Positions 26,618 to 38,425 of a DNA stretch of 64,000 nucleotides are shown piece after piece (position 1 is the stretch's first letter; every line of letters begins with the position of its first letter). Under the pieces are notes generated by a model. That model had not been told where the DNA came from. It saw only the letters and a list, made by a program, of their open reading frames with translations, and searched no databases. Position numbers and translations under genes: made by a program. This DNA comes from Eledone cirrhosa (taxonomy: Eukaryota), in assembly GCA_964016885.1 (NCBI GenBank), contig CAXHJY010000573.1, forward strand, positions 10,837 through 74,836, read 5' to 3'.

Positions 26618-27161
26618 GCCCATACATGTAAATATATAGTTATATATATATTGCTTTAATTCCTCAGTGAATAATTGAACAGGCAATTATAATTTCTAAG
26701 CGCAAACGTAGTTTCTGCAGCATTGTAAAGAAAAGGAGCTAATAAGTTATAAATGACACTGATATCTAAAGATATCATGAGGTAGCATAGAATAATACCA
26801 TATCGATCAAATAGATGCAGCTCAGTAAATTACCTTTACACATAAGGTGACGTAACCAATGACATATTTATTGCTTTGCTCTAGCATAGCGTGTCTAAGT
26901 GTGAGACTAAAATGACCTACGTCAGATATATTGTTGGCAAATATTTCTGAAGTAACAATCTCCAATAATAAGAAATTATAAAAGATCAGTATTTACTGAA
27001 TACTTTTCGACATCGGGAATGGTAACAGTGATTCCATTAATGCATTCTGACGTTCCTGCTTTAAGCGGTGTTCTACGTAAAAGAAACAGAGAATGATATG
27101 AGAAAAGTTACGCAGGTTTTATAGTATCTAATGTGTGGAAGAATAGGATGCAAATACATAT

Positions 27162-27245
<84 letters not shown>

Positions 27246-27500
27246 TTCTACAGCAATCACCAAACCTAATCAACTCAAACAATGGACCAAACTCAATCTA
27301 AATAAAGAAACAAAAAAAAAAGATCCAAATGGAAATCCGTTAGAACCAATTACTAAACACAAGAATCTGAACATAATAGGAAGCCTTGAGAAGTTTAGAT
27401 ATGGCGCACATACACCAAAGAAGGTGGAGTAAATAACACCCTACCCTTCCGAGAAAATCCCGAATTAAAGAAGCATCGGAACCAATAGTATTGACAAAAA

Positions 27501-27685
27501 GGGCGGTGGATTGGCAGCATCAGTAGAGGGTCGGACGCCATGCTTTCCAGCATAGTTACATCCCTTTACGATCTGAGTTCAAATCCCGCCGAGGTTGACT
27601 TTGCCTTTCATCCTTACGGGGTCGATAAAATAAAGTACCAGTAATGCACTGGGTAATTACTGGCCTTGTGCCAAAAGTAGAAACA
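27501..27685 (+). mobile_element. tRNA-derived SINE with target-site duplication
   Basis: A and B boxes; flanking direct repeat AGTATTGACAAAAA at 27487-27500 and 27686-27699. Confidence 0.95.
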
Positions 27686-29075
27686 AGTATTGACAAAAAG
27701 GGGGTTGAATTTAAATGTCGAGACACTGGAAGTCGAAATCACTCTGCCTAATTTCAAAGAACAATTCAAACCATGCGACACCAACTTATGAGGAGAAGCC
27801 AATAAAAGCGGCAGTAGCGAATCTACAGGTCAACATAGCATATATACTTCAAATTACACCTCTCCCAATGTTCTCGTAAATAGATAATCTTGTTCATATG
27901 CTCGCTAGCTGTGTGTGAATAAATGCCCTACATGAAATATTTGGTATAAGACATTGTTTTCTTGTCTCATTGTAGAAGTTTAGACATACCAAAACGGAAT
28001 ATATATTTAGTACTTATCATGCAACATAATTCTAATTCAAAATCCTTTATTGGAATCCTGTTACAACGGCTTGTCATCTCATGACTTAATTTCTGTCATC
28101 CAATTTTTCATTTATTTAGTTTTTCCCTATGGAGTTGGCTATATACCATCTGCCATACCCACATAATACTTCAGCTGTTTAGCTCTTTTGCTATTGGCAC
28201 ATCGTTCCCAGGGGTGTCAAAAAGATTCTTTCAAGGATAAAGAACTTTAGAACATGCGATACGTGCTTGCAATATGAAATGTCTATTATTCAATAGCAAT
28301 GAATAACTGTATTAAATGTCACGGCTTCATAAATCAAAACAAGTCAGTATATAATGAATCTTATACAACGCTTCAGCTTTAAATTGCCGCAAGAAGTGAA
28401 TATGGCATATAACTATAATGAGCGATATTTCTAACGATAAATTCATACATGTTTCTCATTATATTTTTCATTCAGTCTTGCCGGTATTCAACTCTAAATT
28501 TTGGAAATACATACACACGATCACTTACATTACATAATTCAAATTAATCACAAATCATGACGAATGCTTTTTATTGACAAAGGGAAACATTCCTGAATTC
28601 AGTAATATATATCTTGATATATCATCATATTAATACGAATGCTCAGCATCCTTGAAATCTCATATTTTATCTGAACGGAAAAAAGAATATTAGGATGAAA
28701 TAAACGCCCATTATCAAAATAGGAAATTGTAACTGACGGAATATTTCTGTTAACCATGGAACGTTTCTCATCCGGTTTCCTGTGATATAAATTGTTCTTG
28801 AATCGTTTTCGAAAAGTGACTTTCTATAGTAACAACTAGCAGAATGGCCCGGCGTTGCTCGGGATTCTAAACATAGTTTTTCCCTCCTTTCTGAAACAGT
28901 ACAGAGAAGTACGGAATACCTCGGCCTCGGGATGGTGTTTACATTATGTGCTTATAAAACAAATTCGTCGTAGATTACCAGGGTTTTTTTCCGTGCGAAG
29001 AAAATCAATATTTTATCGCGAAATAAATACTTTTGTTTACATTTTGTTATTGTGTATGCAAAAATATCTGTACAC

Positions 29076-29128
<53 letters not shown>

Positions 29129-29244
29129 TTAAAATAACAGATTAAAGTTTAAGAAAATAATCGGTGCTCTCACCCATAACTGGATCTTCTGAAACTAAAA
29201 AAATCAATCTGTGAACGCAGAAGTAAATATTTTGTAAAACATTA

Positions 29245-29325
<81 letters not shown>

Positions 29326-29439
29326 CACTCTCTCTATATATATATATATACACTCTCTCTCTATATATATATATACACTCTCTCTCTCTTTATATATATA
29401 TATATACACTCTCTCTCTCTCTATATATATATATATACA

Positions 29440-29470
<31 letters not shown>

Positions 29471-29800
29471 CACTCTCTCTCTCTCTATATATATATATAT
29501 ACACTCTCTCTCTCTATATATATATATACACTCTCTCTCTCTATATATATATATATACACTCTCTCTCTATATATATATATATACACTATATATATATAT
29601 ACACTCTCTCTCTCTATATATATATATACACTCTCTCTATATATATATATATATACACTCTCTCTCTCTCTATATATATATACACTCTCTCTCTATATAT
29701 ATATATATACACTCTCTCTCTCTATATATATATATACACTCTCTCTCTATATATATATATATATACACTCTCTCTCTCTCTATATATATATATATACACA

Positions 29801-29891
<91 letters not shown>

Positions 29892-30000
29892 TATATATAT
29901 ACATATATATATATACACTCTATATATATATATATATATACACACTCTCTCTATATATATATACACACACTATATATATACATATATATATATACACACA
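29245..30000. repeat. Compound minisatellite (TA)n-CA-(CT)n
   Basis: Direct reading. Confidence 0.95.
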
Positions 30001-30046
30001 CATATAGCGTCATAATGTCGTATTGCAGCAGCAGACATACAGACAG

Positions 30047-30136
30047 TGACTTTGCCTTTCATCCTTACGGGGTCGATAAAATAAATGTACCAGTAATGCA
30101 CTGGGTAATTGCTGGCCTTGTGCCTAAAGTAGAAAC
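30047..30136 (+). mobile_element. SINE 3' half
   Basis: GACTTTGCCTTTCATCCTTACGGGGTCGATAAA...AAGTAGAAAC. Confidence 0.9.
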
Positions 30137-31149
30137 AGTTATAAGGACGCAACGTTATTTCTATGTATCTATCTAAAAAGAGATACTAATAATTATAGAG
30201 AGAGATCGCTAAATCGCCTATTGCGGCATTGGGAATTTGAGATATTCTTTGCTAAAAACACTCACAGGATTATAAGTATTACATGCGTAAAGTTTGAAAA
30301 CAATCTGTTGGGTGGTTCTCGAGTTTTAGGGAGTCAGGCAGACAGACATACGGACATTCTCTGCTTTAGATATATAGATGAAGAGGGAAATATTTCACAG
30401 ATACGCTTGTGCATTATTGAACTCTGTATCCTTCAAATGCGATGCGTGTACCTTATCAATTATTCACACATGTTTATACCTACATATGTAATGAGCCTAA
30501 ATCACTATCATATGGTGCTACAAACTATACAGCTACGACTTCCACTGTCTTCTAATTTACCGATGCTGCTTATCTCCTCTGAATGACAAACAGTGTCCAT
30601 TTCTGTCGAACACAACTCGATACAGACGTGTCCCACTGCTCTCTTGTCTTATGTTTCGCCTATACCAGCATCAGACCTACATAAATGCTGGTTCTGCTGT
30701 GCAGTCAGTTGCGACAGGTTACACGTAGAATCCCAAGGATACGTATGGCAGTGAAACCCATCCATATTCATACAGTGCGTGTTGTTGGGGGAAAATACTG
30801 ACATCGTGTCTAACATGAATATTCTTACATACATCGTTGGTCCAGTTGAATCTTTTCCCGAAATCTAGACCTATCAATAGGATAGTTTCATAAGCTTACA
30901 AACAATGTCTCATTTAAAATATTGACCTCCCACCTCTACACATTTGTGGATGTGACTTCCCATTTCCTCAAATCTTCTTCCCAGTCCTACATCTGCTATT
31001 CCATCAGAAAATTCTTCAGTGCCTCCTTCAGCACCAGTGCTGTCTCAAATCTGATTATCCGGAGGCTGCCATTTATGCATGTAAGGAGGAATACATCACG
31101 TCTAGCCACAACAGGGCTGTAGGTGGGTTTCTTTACCACATTATATTGC

Positions 31150-31830
31150 CCTCTTGATCATCTAAGCATTGACCTGAGGCATGGGGCATTTTCCTGGTAG
31201 AATTCCCCAACTCCAGTGTTTCACTGCTGTGGCTTCGTTTACCTCATCCTATACTTGAACATTTTCAGATAATACACTTTATTCACTGATTGGCCATCAG
31301 GAACGTATACAACGGGAATTAGGTCCGGGGAGTCGATTGAAGGATCTGTTCCTTTACTTCTGACCTGCTCATCTTCACATTTTTAACATATTGGAGGACA
31401 TGCGTACACCGACATTTGCTCTAACGTTCATACGAGTATACACGGTTCTCGTTGTAAGTCACTAATTTATTCAAGAGACCGAAATCAGTCGCTACCATTT
31501 CGAGAATGACAGTTATTTCAACATTCCATAAACTTCCTCTACTCAGTCGATGGAATCTTTGGCACGAATCTGGCAGAGGTGATCTGGAGTTCCAAATTTT
31601 CAGTCCGAAGTGCCTCCACTGTGCCAATAGTAAACCTTTCAGATATCATCTTCGCAGAAGCTCGATGCTCTTGCATCGTTAACCTTCGCATTTATTTATC
31701 GTTTTCCTCCATTCGAGCGCTACTCAGTGCTCCAGAACAGCATTCATCCTCTTATTTCAATTTCCTTCAGAAAATCGTTTAAACTATCTATAGAATCTTG
31801 CTCTTCGATTCCCCCTCACTAAACTCTTTA
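31150..31830 (-). pseudogene. Highly decayed mariner transposase
   Basis: ARFVPK (WVP motif), LNKLVTYNENRVYSYE (TGDETW), VPDGQSVNKVYYL, QENAP (HDNA) and SPDL; the SPDL block is out of order; ends approximate. Confidence 0.7.
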
Positions 31831-32550
31831 TTTTAGTGGATATCTATTTTCTTCTTTCTATGTTATGTAGAATCATGAAACCAAAGAGAAATAACCCTCA
31901 TCATTTTCAGGAAAACATGAAACGAACATGTATACGAACACCTAGAGTGAGAGTGACAGGGAGTGAAGGAACGTGAGACAGAAAGAAAGAGTTACAGAAG
32001 CATCATGTTGGATTTATTCAAACATGTTTTCTTTCTGTTCAAATCAAATTGTTGTATTGAAATAAAAATCCAGTTGGTAATGGTATAATTCTGTTTACAG
32101 CTTTTCGTCTGCGATATGCAGTCTTTATACTTTTGTATTACCTGGATAAGATGGGGTGACAGGCATAGAATCTACTTTTGACATTGTGTGGCAACGACTC
32201 TCATGCATGTTCAATGCCTAATAACGAAATTCATGAGAATATACAATTTCACATGACCAAGTTATACATATAATTTTATGTTTCGTATAAAACAGTTTTG
32301 CTAATTTTGCAGTCATGTTTCGAGGTAAAATATAAAAAAATAGTTATATTTACTCACTTTTTCATTCGACTTTTATTGAATTATTTTTCGTGTGTGTTAC
32401 TTATATCATAGTATTGCTACACAAGTAGGTAAATTCTGCAGGATTTTATATCTTCACTATATATGAGTTGATGGATAATATAATAGTTTTAGACGTAATA
32501 ATTTTCTATTACCTTCATTCTGAATCCAATCGACGTTACGAGAATCATTC

Positions 32551-32645
32551 CGAGGTTGACTTTGCCTTTCATCCTAACGGGGTCGATAAAATAAAGTACC
32601 AGTAATGCACTGGGTAATTGCTGGCCTTGTGCCTAAAGTAGAAAC
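32551..32645 (+). mobile_element. SINE 3' half
   Basis: Matches the family body and tail. Confidence 0.9.
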
Positions 32646-32660
32646 AATGATATCAAATAA

Positions 32661-32844
32661 GGGCGGTGAATTGGCAGTATCGGTAGAGGGTTGGACGCCA
32701 TGCTTTCTAGCATAGTTACGTCCCTTTACGGTTTGAGTTCAAATCCCGCCGAGGTTAACTTTGCCTTTCATCCTTACGGCGTCGATAAAATAAAGTACCA
32801 GTAATGTACTGGGTAATTGCTGGCCTTGTGCCTTAAGTAGAAAC
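32661..32844 (+). mobile_element. Full SINE inserted in the tail of the previous copy
   Basis: A and B boxes; flanking repeat ATATCAAATAA on both sides. Confidence 0.93.
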
Positions 32845-34613
32845 AATTATATCAAATAACGAAAATTGTATGAGCTACATACGATATAAAATGTATATAT
32901 AAACTATGTTTAATCGGATAGACAAGATATATAGTCGATATGTGATTGCTATATTTCATGTCGGCTCGAGAAGCTTCTCAGATATCTCCCTGTTTTTAGG
33001 ATTGTATTGTCAACTGATATTCATTCATTTTATTTCTTGCTTCATTCATAAGAATGCAATTGTTTAGTGTACTTTAGTGATCCAAACGTAGTAAACAGAT
33101 TACAGATACATTATATTTTTATGGGTTAAATTGTATAAAAATTTAGATTTTCACATATTTTGAGGAACTGATACTATGTTGTATTGGTTGGCAGTAATTA
33201 CTTGTGTTATGGGTTCAAAAATCAAATATGCATGCTAATACATATAAGTAATCCATAAAAAATGTGATCGCACTCCCTTATCATGCATAATGAAGATCCT
33301 ATTAGTATAATTAAAACTGTGCGCTCCTATATATTGGGGTCATTACTATTGCACTAAAAGTGCATTGTAATTATAATTTTACCTATGTAGAGTTGTTGTA
33401 TCGTATTATCTTGTGGTTTATTACTGTATTTTCTAATCATTGCTTAATATCAATATTTAGAGATGAGCCACAGATCTAAATGCCACTGTTGTTAATATTA
33501 AATGGCTTTTATACCGAATAATTTCAACAGTTCACACCGGAATCGATTAACTCGTGAAGGAAATAAAATAAATAGATTTAATATCGCGAATTCAATTGAT
33601 TAACATGCACATATTTCGTTCGGTAACGTAATCTAAACATAGTGAGGACGACATCGTATCTGTTTATCATTGAGTAGTCGATGACTATAATGTAACAATA
33701 GCTCTACCATATAGTGAGACTGCTAAAGCAATGATAGATTAAAATATGTCAATTGTACTTGTTAATAATAGTTTCTTATTTAGGCAAAAGGCCAACAATT
33801 GGGGGGGGGGGATTCTATACCAGTGCGTTACTGTTAATCTATTACATCTACCCCGATATTCTGTACCACAAAACGTGTTATCTGACGCTCTATTGGTAAT
33901 GCTAATCTACCGCCCTTGTACCTCTTAAAATTGTCACATGTAGCAGTGAGAGGTCAACAACAGGTATATATATGATTGACAGGTATATATAATCTAGTTT
34001 CATCGTATACTTAGTAGTATATCAGAGGAATTCTTCACGAATATTTTATATACATTAAAATGTACATAGCATCTTTTAGTATACAATATATTTCATGAAT
34101 AAACGAAATCTTCAATTTTAAATGAATCCAGGAGCAAATTTAGTAAAGAAATATGTCAATATTAATTCGAATTCTGAATCAGAGCTAAAATAAAAGCAAC
34201 ATTCTTTATTAAATTGTTGCATGTACTACAAAAATAGCAAATGATTGTGGTATTAGAAAGACACCCTACAGAATTCAGAACCTTATGTACAAGAAGTGAA
34301 ACGAAAATACAATTCTAACACTTAAATGTTAATCGATCATTTTAATTTATTTCCCGACTCACTTTCCTCATCAATGTTCCCCATAAGTAACAGAATTGCA
34401 TGCAATTGTTCTCCATGGTAACGTCTTTAAGTTGTATAAGTGCTCAGACTATGATAGAATGTACCTTCGTAAAACTATGATTGGTGTTATTCGCTCTACT
34501 AGCCAATAATCATTCTACCTATCTCTTACATTCGCTCGTTACACGTACACAGACACACACATACACAGACACTCGTCTCTCTCTCTCTGTCTCTCTCTCT
34601 ATCTCTCTCTCTC

Positions 34614-34644
<31 letters not shown>

Positions 34645-36179
34645 TTTATATATATATATAATATACATATGTGTGTGTGTATGTGTGTATGTCTGTATTT
34701 GTTTGTAGGTGTGTTTATAATTCTTCTCCGTTACTTCCTTTCGAATATACACTTGCCATCCATCTTTTAGGCCATCCTCGTCTTCTTATTCTCTCCTTTA
34801 AACCGCAACACACATTACAGTTTGATTTACGACGCTGAATTATATTCTCCACTCTTATGTAGACTTTCTGGCTACTGATCGGTTTTTCTCTATTTTCAAG
34901 CAGTAATTTTCTCGAAACCTTATACGCATAAACACATATGTATACACACACCCATTTTACTGACAAGTGATTAACAGTGTTCATGAGTATTTACACGTTA
35001 TGCTACACTTGGTATAGAAGCATCTAAGTTTTAAGCAAATACCTGCGTAATAAGTAACCACACAATTTCCCCCTATCGTTAATCTCTGTCCAATTGAGAT
35101 TTCAATTCTGAAATGGACGTGAAGACTAAGAGAAAAGAAGAAATATATTTATGCAACTATTTCAAATTGAAGGTATACTGAGTTTGGTTTCTTGTAAAGG
35201 TAATCGTTAATTATGTGCTAATGTTTAGCAATGCTGACGTAAAGATGAACCTTGTGCAGTGTTATAACAATACCGATGAATCTCAATGAAGTCTTCGCAT
35301 ACACAATTGTCATCCATTAATCTCACAGTCGACCATTGTTTATTCAAGTAGAAAGGTCAGAGAAATATCCTTTATTATACCTTGGCATACTATGCGACTG
35401 TACACACATTTAGAATTAGATATACAAGATATACACTTGCCTTAATCCACAGAAAGGCACATATATATACACATACATTTACATAAAGTGATACAAATAT
35501 ATATACATGCACACACACACATAAATGTATATACGTATATATTTTGGTAAGTGAGAGTGTTTGTACAGAGAGTGAGACTGAGAACGAAAAAGAGGATAAA
35601 CGGCGAGAGAAAGAGCAGTGCAAGTAGAGACAACGAAGAATACAACATTTAACAAATTTAAAAGCTTATATATAGGCTCAAATATATAAAAAGTCAGTCT
35701 ATACCCTCATACATAGAGGCGTGTATACATATGTACGTGTATGTATTATTTAGGCAGGTAAATAATATAGTGATAGAGAGGGGCAGAATGTTTTGTGGGA
35801 ACAATAGTCACGCAAACATGGGAAATAACATAGAGAGATGTAGATAACTATACAATAGTTGATGGCTATACAAATTGGGTAAACAATACGAGTCAAGTAA
35901 ATATTTAAAAGGAAACATTTGTACAGTTATTCTAGTAAGATACAAAAACTTACTCTTTCGTATTGCTTAAAAGCACTCGATCGCTATACAAGAGATACGT
36001 GTTTCGATTCCCTCCAAGTAACAATAGGCAATTATTTTCAAGAGGTTTATTCGATTATTATTTAAAGCAAATAAACTGAATTATATTTAATTTTACTGGT
36101 GCAACTATATTTTCATATTTCAAAATCCTCAACGCTGTTCACATATCTCTCTCTATATATATACTTATCTAACTATGTA

Positions 36180-36180
36180 G

Positions 36181-36257
<77 letters not shown>
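36180..36257. repeat. (CTAT)n / GATA microsatellite, 5' flank of the LINE
   Basis: Direct reading. Confidence 0.98.
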
Positions 36258-36475
36258 AGTCGTGTGTCACTTCGCGGAGAAGTTTCCGTTAATTTATGTA
36301 AGGAAAAAACGTGAGTTTTTAGTTCAATTTTATATCATTGTGTAACTTGACCACCCGTCTGGACCTTCAGGTGGTGGGTCAACTCATTTTCGCCCCTTCA
36401 GGGGCGGAATATCCATTTAAAAAATTTTTCTCCATCGAATCTTGGAAAAAAATATTGTAAAATTTTGATTACGTT

Positions 36476-38392
36476 ATGAACGCTGCGTCCAACGATAATG
36501 GTGGTGGAGAGGCGGTAAGACTACCAAGCTCGCAGTTAACAACGTCTTCTTCACTAAATACTATAGAGATGGAAAGACAAAATGAAAATAAAAAAACGAA
36601 TTCACATCCAAACAACACAAATGACACCAAACAGCTCAATGACAACAAAAATAACAGCAAAACCAATAATGATGATAAAAGCAACAATGATAACAACAAC
36701 AAAGAAAAAAATAAAGACAACGCCAATAACACCAGCATCAAAGACAACAACAACACCAAGGAAAATACGGATGATACCAACATCGGTGACAACAAGAATA
36801 ACAACAAGAATAACAACAATAATGACAACACCACCAATACGGATTCCACAAAGAAACCAAAAATCTCCTTTGCGGAGAAAGTTCAAAAGAAAGAACAATT
36901 GATATATCTCGACATAACAAATGCTGAACACCTTTTAAAGGACGCTAAGAGATATGTCACCTTCGAAAAAAATGGTGCTTTCAGCATCAATTCTCCGGTA
37001 GAAATTCGCAAGGAAACTGCTCTCAAAACAATAGTTTTTAGGACAGTTTCCAATTCTACCCGAAAACCAGTCCAATTGTCACAGAAAGATATTGAACTGG
37101 TTTTCAAAGATTCAATGAATGATATTGCATTCATTCAAAGAAGCAAACTTTTTGGGAGTATTTCGGTACTGATGAAGGATCAATTGACGGCCCAAAATTA
37201 CTCTGTGTCGCCAATTGTATCCAACCTGTACACCCTTTTCCCTACATACATGGGAAAAAGGACACAAAAGATCAGAATCACAAGTGTCACACCAAAGGTG
37301 AACATATGGTGGATACTGTGCGGCTTCATCAATTTTGATGAAGACAGAATACTGTCAGTAGGCAAGTCCCCCAGAGATGTATTCAATGGGACTAGCATTG
37401 AAGTTCTGGTGCAAATGAGCCCAGAGCGAATAGCTATGATCCCACAGCGTGTACTCCTGGACGGACTTACCTACATAAACCTTTCGGTTGAGGGTAGGCG
37501 GCCTTCATGTTACCATTGCTTTAGCAGGGGTCACCTGAGGGCTTCCTGTCCTAAACTAATGAACCAAAAAAAGGCTCTTCTGCCAACACCCATCAAAACA
37601 ACACAACCACCAACACCACCACTACAACAACAACACCAACACACAAAAATAACCACAACAAACACAGTCCCACCCAACCTCACTCCACCTAAAACCACTG
37701 CAAAATCACATACAGACACAACAGCTCCCCAAGACATACCCCTCCCCAATCACACAGACGATACAACAGATGAGGCTATCTCGCCATCACCCAGTGAAGA
37801 CGAGGGAGAACCCCATCGCTCGAAAAGAAAGAAAAGACATCACAAAAGCAAAAAACCAGCAAACACTACCACAAACATACAACCACCAACACAAACAACA
37901 AAAATATCACAAACAAAACCCCCACCTCCTGAAAACAAAATACCTACAACAAAACGAAAGCACACACAAGAACTACAGACAAAAACAAACACAACACAAG
38001 AAAATTACACTTACACTTACATAAACACTGAAAACAAAACACTAATGGAGACCATTACGAACGACCCTTCGGTTTTCACCGAAGGGAAAACTTTCGCCCA
38101 CTCTATAAAAAATAGCAAAAAAATGAACCTAAAACTGATTAGGGTCCCTATACAAACTTATAGGTCCCTAAAAGAAACATTTGAGAAGGATGTGGGGAAT
38201 TCCTGCGTGAAACCACTCAACCGCGTCCTTCTCAAATGCCTCCCCACCCCAGACACCCCCATTCCACCAGACCCCACCCCACCAAACATCTGCGTCCCCA
38301 CCCCGCCGGAAACCACCACCCATCCAGACAACCCCTCCAACACCCCCATGGAAATCGTGCGGCCTGGTCCCCAGGAGGCGAAGGGTGAGTGA
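36476..38392 (+). CDS. LINE ORF1p (638 aa): Asn-rich N-terminus, CCHC zinc knuckle, Pro/Thr-rich region
   Basis: Open frame; CYHCFSRGHLRASC fits C-X2-C-X4-H-X4-C; lies directly before ORF2. Confidence 0.88.
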   Translation: MNAASNDNGGGEAVRLPSSQLTTSSSLNTIEMERQNENKKTNSHPNNTNDTKQLNDNKNNSKTNNDDKSNNDNNNKEKNKDNANNTSIKDNNNTKENTDDTNIGDNKNNNKNNNNNDNTTNTDSTKKPKISFAEKVQKKEQLIYLDITNAEHLLKDAKRYVTFEKNGAFSINSPVEIRKETALKTIVFRTVSNSTRKPVQLSQKDIELVFKDSMNDIAFIQRSKLFGSISVLMKDQLTAQNYSVSPIVSNLYTLFPTYMGKRTQKIRITSVTPKVNIWWILCGFINFDEDRILSVGKSPRDVFNGTSIEVLVQMSPERIAMIPQRVLLDGLTYINLSVEGRRPSCYHCFSRGHLRASCPKLMNQKKALLPTPIKTTQPPTPPLQQQHQHTKITTTNTVPPNLTPPKTTAKSHTDTTAPQDIPLPNHTDDTTDEAISPSPSEDEGEPHRSKRKKRHHKSKKPANTTTNIQPPTQTTKISQTKPPPPENKIPTTKRKHTQELQTKTNTTQENYTYTYINTENKTLMETITNDPSVFTEGKTFAHSIKNSKKMNLKLIRVPIQTYRSLKETFEKDVGNSCVKPLNRVLLKCLPTPDTPIPPDPTPPNICVPTPPETTTHPDNPSNTPMEIVRPGPQEAKGE

Positions 38393-38425
38393 TCTCTTTT
38401 CCTCTTTTAACTTTTCAGCACCAAC

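Larger units (their letters stand above)
28836..30378 (-). mobile_element. Non-autonomous Helitron carrying nested microsatellites and a SINE fragment
   Basis: Minus strand: A|TCTATATATC...(CTGT)n at 30378; hairpin CCCGAGCAACGCCGGG, then CTAG|T at 28836. Joining the two ends into one element is inferred. Confidence 0.65.
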
